DNA of 64,000 nt from a bacterium (GTDB lineage Bacteria; CLD3; SB21): assembly GCA_013360215.1 (NCBI GenBank), contig JABWCP010000005.1, forward strand, positions 124,001-188,000, read 5' to 3'. The position numbers and the translations under genes are program-made. Positions 40,179-48,473 of this stretch are shown piece by piece. Each line of letters begins with the position of its first letter. The stretch's first letter is position 1. The notes under the pieces were generated by a model. That model ran no database searches and was not told where the DNA came from. It was given only the letters and a program-made list of their open reading frames with translations.

Positions 40179-41057
40179 CTATTTTTTTACCTGATACGAT
40201 TCATCACGTACATTCCAGTCTTCAAAACATCCGTCGTATAATAAAGCTTCATACCCTAACATACGTGCAACTGTATATACCAAAGTAGCTTGTTGCCCGA
40301 CATGACAGTAGGTGACAACCGTATCGCCTTTTTTGACGCCTGCATCATCAATGATTTTTTGCAAACTGGCGACGGGTAAAATTTTATTGGTACTATCCGT
40401 CAATGTGGAAAAGGGAATATTTCTGGCGCCTTCAATGTGACCGGTTCGCAATATCCCGCCGCCATTGCCGGCGTAAAAATTTTTAGAACGCGCATCTATA
40501 ATTTTAACTTTTTCAGACGACAAACGCGACTTGACCCATTCTGCATTAGTGATGATTTCCGGATGGAGTTTAAGCGCCAGTGCTGTTTTTTGTACGATCG
40601 GTATATTCTTGGTAATCGGACGCCCTTCCGCTTTCCATACATCAAGACCACCATCCAGAACTGCTGTCTGATCATCAAATCCAAAATAAGAAAGCGCGAC
40701 GAGCATCCGCGTCGTGGTGGTAACACTACCTCTGGTAAACACGACGACAATTTTTGATTTTTGAGAGATACCCAGATTTTCCAATACATTTTTAGCCGTT
40801 ACGCTATCCGGCATTTCCGTGGATAAATCCGGCGTATCCATAGCGAGCCAGTTAAACCATAAAAATCTTGACCCTGGAATATGTCCTACAGCGTACTCTT
40901 TTCGTGTAAAAGCGGTTTGAAGTATCACTAGATCAGAATCATTGATATGATCGGCCAACCACTGGGTTGAAACAAAATAAGGCAATGTACGCTCTGAACC
41001 TTCCGCGGACGGGACCGACAGATAAAAAAGAATCAAACAGCAAAGAAGCTTCTTCAT
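40179..41057 (-). CDS. Exported tandem-domain sulfurtransferase (rhodanese/MST)
   Basis: Signal peptide, VSTQWL, GHIPG, LDGG, DARS, GHIEGA, YCHVG active site, LYDG...W. Start ATG 41057. Confidence 0.9.
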   Translation of the reverse strand: MKKLLCCLILFYLSVPSAEGSERTLPYFVSTQWLADHINDSDLVILQTAFTRKEYAVGHIPGSRFLWFNWLAMDTPDLSTEMPDSVTAKNVLENLGISQKSKIVVVFTRGSVTTTTRMLVALSYFGFDDQTAVLDGGLDVWKAEGRPITKNIPIVQKTALALKLHPEIITNAEWVKSRLSSEKVKIIDARSKNFYAGNGGGILRTGHIEGARNIPFSTLTDSTNKILPVASLQKIIDDAGVKKGDTVVTYCHVGQQATLVYTVARMLGYEALLYDGCFEDWNVRDESYQVKK

Positions 41058-41345
41058 AAACAAATTACCTTTTATAAATTTAAGAGGGAAACGAACGGTA
41101 TAGACTTGCGTAAGTCTTTACGGTTTTAATTGGTTTATGTTTCATGTTTTTACAATGCGTGACACCCGACAAATCTATGCGCTCTCTACTCAGAACAACG
41201 CCAAACCATCGCGCATTTAAATATGTAAACTGAAAATCGCTACGCTTATAACTATGCTATTATTTATATATCGTAAAAACATTCGGCAGACGGTTGTCCG
41301 CGATCATGAAGGTGTGAACTAAACTTGTATCTTCGTGCATCCTGC

Positions 41346-42632
41346 TTAAGCCGAGCGATCTACGGCGTCTCGAATCACTTCGGCCGGTTTATTCATATAC
41401 CCAAAAAGCAGATGTGGAAATTTTTCGCGAACACGCCGCATCAAAGAAGGAACACCGGCCGCTTTGGAGCGATATTCGCCAACGACATCGTTCAGATACC
41501 AGTCGGGATCAATATTGAAATTGCGCCACTGAATCAGATGAAGTTTTGTATCGGCTATAAGAGCCATTAGCGCACGTATTTCCGCTTGGGAATCCGTTAT
41601 ACCCGGAAAAACAAAATAATTGATTGAGGCAAATTTTTTATGATCGCGCGCGACCTTCAGCGATCGTACTACATCGTCAAACGTATAGTTGTTGGGTTTG
41701 TAATAGCGATGATAAAGATCCGGCTGAGCCGAGTTCATACTCACACGGACACTGTCGAGGCCCGCATCAAATAATCGCACTAACGTATCCGGTTTGCTGC
41801 CGTTGGTATTGATATGAATAACACCACGCTTGGTGTGTCGACGTATCGCCCGTATGGAATCTTCGATCAATTTACCGCGTAACAGCGGCTCGCCTTCGCA
41901 TCCTTGACCAAAACTCAAAATGGCATGTTCGGCCTTTTCCAAATGCGGTACGGCATATTCGACGATTTCTTCGACCGTAGGAACAAACTCTAAGCGATTT
42001 TGCGGTGATGGAACGGATTCTTTCGGTTGAAATGAAATGCAACCGACACAATTGGCATTGCACGCCGAGGCTACGGCGACCGGCGCCTCCCAACGTCCGA
42101 GAAAAAGATTTTTAGCGTTAGGACAACCGTATTCGATAGCGCAGGCATGACCATGATGCGCCAATAAACGATTATTAGGATGACGAACGATCCACGCATC
42201 GACAGCGTGCTTCACTTTTTTATCATCAAAAGACGTCGGCAACTGTTTGATATCTTCATCGACATGCACGGCAGGTACGTAGTAACGACCACGATAATAA
42301 CCCACTGCGGTAAAAGAAAAAAGCGGAAGCCGGGGCGCTCCTGTGATGGTTTCGTAGGCGGCCATGAGATAATGCGTATATGACGGCGGGATGTATGCAG
42401 CGACGGCATACGCATCATCAAATACTATGAGTTCGCCGGTTTTTCTATCGTACCCCATAGCTTTACGTTGAGGTAAGAAATATAATTGCGAACCTTCCGG
42501 CAGAGGGATCAATGTATCGGCTGTAACAGGAACCGTATTGTTTCCACTGCGCCCAGCCATGGCAATCTGCGGAATGTCGCTAAATCGCCCTTGCGCATCG
42601 CTGATCAGCAGATGAGGTATGGTTTTAAACAT
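41346..42632 (-). CDS. Radical SAM protein of unknown function
   Basis: CNANCVGC (CxxxCxxC), SFGQGCEGEPL, INTNGS. Confidence 0.9.
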   Translation of the reverse strand: MFKTIPHLLISDAQGRFSDIPQIAMAGRSGNNTVPVTADTLIPLPEGSQLYFLPQRKAMGYDRKTGELIVFDDAYAVAAYIPPSYTHYLMAAYETITGAPRLPLFSFTAVGYYRGRYYVPAVHVDEDIKQLPTSFDDKKVKHAVDAWIVRHPNNRLLAHHGHACAIEYGCPNAKNLFLGRWEAPVAVASACNANCVGCISFQPKESVPSPQNRLEFVPTVEEIVEYAVPHLEKAEHAILSFGQGCEGEPLLRGKLIEDSIRAIRRHTKRGVIHINTNGSKPDTLVRLFDAGLDSVRVSMNSAQPDLYHRYYKPNNYTFDDVVRSLKVARDHKKFASINYFVFPGITDSQAEIRALMALIADTKLHLIQWRNFNIDPDWYLNDVVGEYRSKAAGVPSLMRRVREKFPHLLFGYMNKPAEVIRDAVDRSA

Positions 42633-42653
42633 GATAGAATGGAATTCGGGGAA

Positions 42654-43151
42654 TTATTTTCCGCGCAGGCGGTTAATTTCGGTTGTCTTTTCGCGAAGGT
42701 CTTCGGTAAGGCGGAGGTTTTCAGTGGCAAGGCGCTGATTTTCAGAGGCTAATTCTATCTGACGGCGATTTTCGTCATACCGTTTGACAGCTAACTCTAT
42801 CGTATTGAGTAATTCGTTGAGATCCCAAGGCTTATTGAGATATCTGAAAATCTCACCGTAGTTTACGGAATTAATCAAAGCCGTCATATCGGAATACCCG
42901 GACATGATAATACGAACCACTTCGGGACGGCGCTCACGGACATGACGCAAGAATTCTGAACCGGTCATTTCCGGCATACGTTGATCTGAAATAACGACGG
43001 ATACCCGTTCGTCCAAAAGCTCCAGACCGGCTTTGGCACGCGATGCCGTTAAGACGTCATAATCGTCTTCAAGTGATTTTTGCAAAACCTTTAAAATTTC
43101 GACTTCATCATCTACGATGAGCAAAACCGGTTTTGTTAGCGGCTGGGACAT
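42654..43151 (-). CDS. Stand-alone response regulator receiver with coiled-coil tail
   Basis: LIVDDE, SDQRMP, SGY, KPW. Start ATG 43151. Confidence 0.88.
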   Translation of the reverse strand: MSQPLTKPVLLIVDDEVEILKVLQKSLEDDYDVLTASRAKAGLELLDERVSVVISDQRMPEMTGSEFLRHVRERRPEVVRIIMSGYSDMTALINSVNYGEIFRYLNKPWDLNELLNTIELAVKRYDENRRQIELASENQRLATENLRLTEDLREKTTEINRLRGK

Positions 43152-43370
43152 GCCGTTTCCTGTCATAATGAGAAATAGGTAGTATAAAAACCGTTTTAAA
43201 GATACAATCAAAGCGTCGCAAAATCAAAATATTTTCTCTAAAAACGGTTTGACTTTATTGGGATGCCGACCTATATTTTTTCCGGATTTTTCAGCCTGTC
43301 GCTGGCACTTCCATATACCATTCAAAATACTTTCTATACATCTTCGTTATACTAACGGAAAAGGTAATCT

Positions 43371-45428
43371 ATGGCACATGACGCTCAAGCGGGCTCTTCG
43401 ACGACGGGTTCGCACCAATTCACGCCTTACATCGCACCGGAACACAATGTACCGGAGTTTACGGCTAAAGCGCTGATCCTCGGTGCGCTTTTCGGTATCA
43501 TCTTTGGCGCGGCAACGGTCTATCTTGCGCTCAAAGCAGGACTCACCGTATCCGCTTCCATTCCTATCGCTGTTCTGGCGATCTCATTGGGACGCAAACT
43601 TTTTAAAACCACGATTCTTGAAAACAACATCATTCAGACCGGTGGATCGGCAGGCGAATCCATCGCTGCCGGTGTGGTTTTTACGTTGCCCGGATTTCTC
43701 TTTCTCAGCGCTGAAAGCATGGGACCGAGTTATTTCAACTATTGGACAATTTTTGTATTAGCCATGTTCGGCGGTATTTTAGGAACGTTGATGATGGTGC
43801 CGCTGCGCCGACCGTTGATCGTACAGGAACACGGCGTACTTCCTTATCCGGAAGGAACCGCTTGCGCATCCGTTTTGGTTGCCGGCGAAAAAGGCGGTGA
43901 CTTTTCCAAAACGGCGTATCAAGGTCTTGGCTTTGCATTCATTTATGCATTCTTCCAGAAAGTATTTCACTTCATCGCCGAAACACCGGCTTGGGTCACA
44001 CAACAAACCAATAAATTTTTTCCTTCCGCCACGGTAAATGGTGAAATCACGCCGGAATACATGGGTGTAGGCTATATCATCGGACCGCGCATTGCCGGGG
44101 TGCTTGTAGCCGGCGGTGTGCTCGCATGGCTCGGTTTGATACCGCTGTTAGCATCACTGGTTCCTGCCGCAACGATAGCCGAACAACTTGTCAAACTCGG
44201 TTATTTGCCGGATATCCTCACCGCAGGCGGACCGGGCGGCTGGGATCCTGCTACGCAAACTTTTGGCAGTACCGCTACAGCCGTCTATCGTGCGTATGTG
44301 CGCCAGATCGGCGCCGGCGCTGTCGCCGCAGGCGGATTTATTACATTGATCAAAACGCTTCCCACGATCGTAAGCTCTTTTAAAGGCAGTGTCGCCTCGC
44401 TGAAAAACAAACAATCCGAAGAATCCGTGCGTCGTACGGAACGTGATCTGTCGTTTGGAACAGTAATCGCCGGTTCGCTCGGATTAATAGTTCTTATCGC
44501 CATCCTCCCCATTATCCCGGGCGATTCGATCATCAGCAAAATTGTGTTAGGTTTATTGATTATTGTATTTGGTTTTTTCTTCGTAACGGTATCAAGCCGT
44601 ATCGTCGGCATCATCGGTTCGTCATCCAATCCGATTTCCGGTATGACCATCGCCACCCTCATGGGCACAGCTTTAGTTTTTATCGGTGTAGGTTGGACGG
44701 GCAGTTTATATGAACCGATGGCACTTGTCGTCGGAGGTATGATCTGTATCGCAGCCGCTAACGCCGGTGCGACATCCCAGGATCTTAAAACCGGTTACAT
44801 CGTTGGCGCGACACCGAAGTATCAGCAGATTGCACTTTTTGTCGGCGCGATTGCCAGCTCCGCGATGATCGGATGGACGGTGCAAATCCTTGATACTCCG
44901 ACTTCCGAAATGGCCGCACAAGGCATCCAGCATGCGATCGGCACAGAAAAATACCCGGCACCCCAGGGAACATTGATGGCTACCTTGATCAAAGGTTTGT
45001 TATCATTTAACCTTGATTGGCAGTTTGTTCTTGTCGGCGCATTTGTAGCGGTGACGATGGAACTCTGCGGCGTCAAGTCGTTATCGTTTGCCGTTGGTGC
45101 ATACTTACCTCTTTCGACGACGCTTCCTATTTTTGCCGGTGGCGCCATCAAAGGTATTGCCGATTGGAATCGTTCACGTAAGGGCGAGTCGGAAGAAGAT
45201 GCGGAACTTGGCAAAGGCAGTCTCTTTGCGACAGGTCTTGTTGCCGGCGGTGCGCTCTTTGGCGTCATCGTTGCCATCGCAACTGTGTTTGCCGAAGACT
45301 TCATGAAATCCATCAATATGGAACATGCTTTCTCCGGTATTTTGGGCCAGGCCGGTTATGAAATTTTCGGTGTTATCTGTTTTGCTATCATGGGCATTAC
45401 ACTGTACCGGGTTGCAATGAAAAAGTAA
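43371..45428 (+). CDS. OPT family oligopeptide transporter
   Basis: YLALKAGLTVSASIP, ENNIIQT, LPYPEG, SSNPISG, QDLKTG, PAPQG.LMA. Confidence 0.93.
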   Translation: MAHDAQAGSSTTGSHQFTPYIAPEHNVPEFTAKALILGALFGIIFGAATVYLALKAGLTVSASIPIAVLAISLGRKLFKTTILENNIIQTGGSAGESIAAGVVFTLPGFLFLSAESMGPSYFNYWTIFVLAMFGGILGTLMMVPLRRPLIVQEHGVLPYPEGTACASVLVAGEKGGDFSKTAYQGLGFAFIYAFFQKVFHFIAETPAWVTQQTNKFFPSATVNGEITPEYMGVGYIIGPRIAGVLVAGGVLAWLGLIPLLASLVPAATIAEQLVKLGYLPDILTAGGPGGWDPATQTFGSTATAVYRAYVRQIGAGAVAAGGFITLIKTLPTIVSSFKGSVASLKNKQSEESVRRTERDLSFGTVIAGSLGLIVLIAILPIIPGDSIISKIVLGLLIIVFGFFFVTVSSRIVGIIGSSSNPISGMTIATLMGTALVFIGVGWTGSLYEPMALVVGGMICIAAANAGATSQDLKTGYIVGATPKYQQIALFVGAIASSAMIGWTVQILDTPTSEMAAQGIQHAIGTEKYPAPQGTLMATLIKGLLSFNLDWQFVLVGAFVAVTMELCGVKSLSFAVGAYLPLSTTLPIFAGGAIKGIADWNRSRKGESEEDAELGKGSLFATGLVAGGALFGVIVAIATVFAEDFMKSINMEHAFSGILGQAGYEIFGVICFAIMGITLYRVAMKK

Positions 45429-45444
45429 GTGCCGTGAACTGTTT

Positions 45445-45473
45445 TTGACTTTATAGAAAACATTACTTATTAT
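45445..45473 (+). promoter_or_regulatory. Putative sigma70 promoter for leader peptide-phhA
   Basis: TTGACT-17 nt-TATTAT. The predicted start site falls at or next to ATG 45481. Confidence 0.6.
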
Positions 45474-45480
45474 TTGAGAC

Positions 45481-45570
45481 ATGAAAACAGCACCTATACA
45501 TATTGAAACATCGTTTTATTATTACTTTTATCGCAACGGATCCCCGCCTTTGGAGATGCGATTAAGGTAG
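45481..45570 (+). CDS. Putative Tyr/Phe-sensing attenuator leader peptide (29 aa)
   Basis: MKTAPIHIETSFYYYFYRNGSPPLEMRLR*, six consecutive Phe/Tyr codons, followed by a terminator and phhA. Confidence 0.8.
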   Translation: MKTAPIHIETSFYYYFYRNGSPPLEMRLR

Positions 45571-45591
45571 TTTTTATTTTTAAAATCACCG

Positions 45592-45626
45592 ACCCGTTTC
45601 CCCAAAGGAAACGGGTTTTTTATTTT
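45592..45626 (+). terminator. Attenuator terminator upstream of phhA
   Basis: ACCCGTTTCC-CCAAA-GGAAACGGGT followed by TTTTTATTTT. Confidence 0.85.
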
Positions 45627-45651
45627 CACCCTTTAATGAAAGGAAAACGCC

Positions 45652-46401
45652 ATGACTTTGGAAAATGAAAACCACACAACGGAAGAACTCGAAGTTTGGA
45701 GACTTTTGTTCGAACGCCAATCGTCACTGCTGCACCATACGGCATGCCAAACGTTTTTGGAAGGACTCACCGCATTGGATTTTCAACCGGACGCCATTCC
45801 TCATTTGAAATCCATCAATGCAAAACTTCGGGATATGACCGGTTGGTCGCTCACGGTAGTACCCGGCATCGTTGAGGATGCGATTTTTTTTGAAATGCTG
45901 TCGCGTAAAACATTTCCCGTTACAGGATGGTTGCGATCCAAAAAACAACTTCAGTATATCGAGGAGCCGGATATGTTTCATGATGTATTCGGACACGTCC
46001 CCATGCTAACCGATAAACAATTTTGCGGTTTCTTGGAAGGATTGAGCCGCATTGCCTTAGCCTATCCCAACAACACCTTTGTTATTGAACGCCTCGTACG
46101 TATGTATTGGTTTACGGTCGAATTCGGTTTGGTACGTGAATCCGATAACGTCAAGATTTGCGGCGCAGGAATCCTTTCATCCATCGGCGAAACGCTGTAT
46201 TGTCTCAGTGGCAAACCGCCCGTTGTGGAGTTCGATTTACATACCGTATTTGAAATGCCTTTCCGAAAGGATCGTTTTCAAGATCGGTATGTGTTGATCA
46301 ATGATTTTGAGCAGCTATTTCGATCCGTGAATCAAATGGAAGAAACTTTGTTGCGTTTGCAAAGACAAATTCAACTTCAGGTTTTATCATGGAGTTGTTG
46401 A
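45652..46401 (+). CDS. phhA: Phenylalanine 4-monooxygenase
   Basis: EPDMFHDVFGHVP (two Fe-ligand His), YWFTVEFG (Glu ligand), GAGILSS.GE. Confidence 0.93.
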   Translation: MTLENENHTTEELEVWRLLFERQSSLLHHTACQTFLEGLTALDFQPDAIPHLKSINAKLRDMTGWSLTVVPGIVEDAIFFEMLSRKTFPVTGWLRSKKQLQYIEEPDMFHDVFGHVPMLTDKQFCGFLEGLSRIALAYPNNTFVIERLVRMYWFTVEFGLVRESDNVKICGAGILSSIGETLYCLSGKPPVVEFDLHTVFEMPFRKDRFQDRYVLINDFEQLFRSVNQMEETLLRLQRQIQLQVLSWSC

Positions 46402-46472
46402 GCGATAAAACTGAAAACAATTGAAAAACACGTTTTTATGGCTAAATTTAGCACATTCAAAAAAGGTTACGG

Positions 46473-48470
46473 ATGAATTCAGCCAATAAATCAAACGAAA
46501 TCGAACGCATTGCGGACATGCTTCGACTGGAGATGAACAATCGTCCCAGCGAAGATTTTATTAAATCGTTTATTCGCCAAATAGACAGCCTTGCGCCCAA
46601 TGTATTACGGTATTTTCGCTCTACGCTCAGTCAGACTTTGATCGAACGCGAAAATCAAGGCAAAGGTCATCTTAAAATCGAAGCGCTTCTTGAGTTATTG
46701 GATTTATGCGATTTACAGGTGTGGCTTACTTCGGCAGGACTGCATGAAAAAGCCGCCCGTAATGTCGTCAAAGGATTAAAAAACCGATCCACGGAAGAAC
46801 TCAATAGAATCATTCACGGCAAACTCTACATCGAACACGATCGCACGGAATTACTGGAGTTCTTGGTTGATGCCGGTGTTGAAGGTGATGATGCCGAACA
46901 TTTTGTGAAGCTTGTTCGTGAGATGGATGTGTCCGTAACGGAAATTATTGACCGCATCTTCAAACTTAATTTTCTTGCCGAAAATGCCTTTCGGCAAGAA
47001 TCTTTGCGTGGTATGATGTCACTGAAAGAAATTGTGACATTATACTTATACTCGGTTTTACAAGTTACGATCAGTGACTATGTGCACGACGAAGAAACGA
47101 TAAGCGAAATAGCCGCGCGCCTTGCTTTATGTAACAATATGCGCCGTGAATTCGCTTTAGTTCAGCAATTAGAACGCTACTTTTTCAGCACTACATCCGT
47201 AGAAGACACCCAAAACAAAACACGGGATTTTTGGATCAAACTGCTGAACGATTACGAAGTGAAGCTGGCGCTGGAGCAATATATCGGTGATGATAAATTG
47301 AAACGCTCCGATATGGAGATCGCCGACCTCTATGTAGAGGCCGGGCACATTTTTGACGATGTCAGCGAGATCAAAGATCAGACTTTAGCCGTTATTTCGA
47401 TCACCTACCGGCTTGATAATCCCGAAGAAACAGGTCATACTGTCGAAGAACTTCTTGCCATCATAGATCAGATCAAACTGCTCACCACCGAGATGGGCCC
47501 GCTGAGCATTATGACAAGAGATATTTTTTCGTTTTTTGAAATCCTCGGTGAATCCGATCACAAGAATCGTTTTTTCCACAAAACAATTATTTCATTCCGT
47601 TCGTTACTACGCAAATTAGTGGATCTCAACGAAAAAACAGGCGAGCGGGTGACATTGGATCAATTAATTCTCACCTATTTACACGCGCGCCTCAAAGCTT
47701 TTCTCGAAGATTACGAGGGCCCGCGGGAAAAACATCTTGAGTCTATCAAAACTCGCATTTCCCATTGCCATGATATGCACCGTCAGTTTGCCATCACGGA
47801 CCTGGTAGAAGAACATATCTTCGAAAATCCGGGATTGCTGTTGACGCTTTCCGAACCGGATAAATACTGGCCGGAACTCATCAATACATTTGAGCTCAAT
47901 ATCATGCTGGAGATTTATATCGAGCGCGAGTATTTGGTCTCCGGGCATCACGATATGACCAAGCGCCAGATGATGGAAACTTTGCAACAGCTCATCAACG
48001 GTATTCAGGAAATTTCCATCAAAAGCCTCAGCGTGGTATTTCTCACAGCGCATCTGGCCGCTATGCAAGATCACGCCAAAAGTAAAACCGTTTCTCTTGA
48101 CGAAATCATCCAGACCATCGCTCAACTTCGCAAAGATGCGGAGATGGCTGCCAAACAGATCACCGTGGAGTCGCGTGTCAAACACGATATTCTTACGACA
48201 TTGACTGAACGGCTATTCCGTTTGGAAACGATACAAAGCGCCATCACGCTTAGTAACACTACAGATATCATAGATCGCTTAGATGAAGTGATTGTCGGTT
48301 TACGTACACGCAGAGATAATCTGATCGGCGGGAAAATGGATGCCAAAGTTTTGCAGGATGACCTGAATACTTATCTTCATGACTCAAAAGTTGTCGGATT
48401 GATTGACGAAGTAGAAAGACTGTATAAAAACGAACTTGCCCAACAGGCCAAACTTGTTGCATCCAAATAG
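46473..48470 (+). CDS. Hypothetical all-helical protein with an internal duplication
   Basis: 665-aa ORF with no recognisable catalytic motif; two related segments start near aa 183 and aa 394. Confidence 0.75.
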   Translation: MNSANKSNEIERIADMLRLEMNNRPSEDFIKSFIRQIDSLAPNVLRYFRSTLSQTLIERENQGKGHLKIEALLELLDLCDLQVWLTSAGLHEKAARNVVKGLKNRSTEELNRIIHGKLYIEHDRTELLEFLVDAGVEGDDAEHFVKLVREMDVSVTEIIDRIFKLNFLAENAFRQESLRGMMSLKEIVTLYLYSVLQVTISDYVHDEETISEIAARLALCNNMRREFALVQQLERYFFSTTSVEDTQNKTRDFWIKLLNDYEVKLALEQYIGDDKLKRSDMEIADLYVEAGHIFDDVSEIKDQTLAVISITYRLDNPEETGHTVEELLAIIDQIKLLTTEMGPLSIMTRDIFSFFEILGESDHKNRFFHKTIISFRSLLRKLVDLNEKTGERVTLDQLILTYLHARLKAFLEDYEGPREKHLESIKTRISHCHDMHRQFAITDLVEEHIFENPGLLLTLSEPDKYWPELINTFELNIMLEIYIEREYLVSGHHDMTKRQMMETLQQLINGIQEISIKSLSVVFLTAHLAAMQDHAKSKTVSLDEIIQTIAQLRKDAEMAAKQITVESRVKHDILTTLTERLFRLETIQSAITLSNTTDIIDRLDEVIVGLRTRRDNLIGGKMDAKVLQDDLNTYLHDSKVVGLIDEVERLYKNELAQQAKLVASK

Positions 48471-48473
48471 TCG

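Noticed and set aside
41080-41145. 21-aa uORF (MKHKPIKTVKTYASLYRSFPS) upstream of the sulfur operon as a leader peptide
   Set aside because: No Cys/Met-rich control codons, no clear RBS and no downstream terminator.
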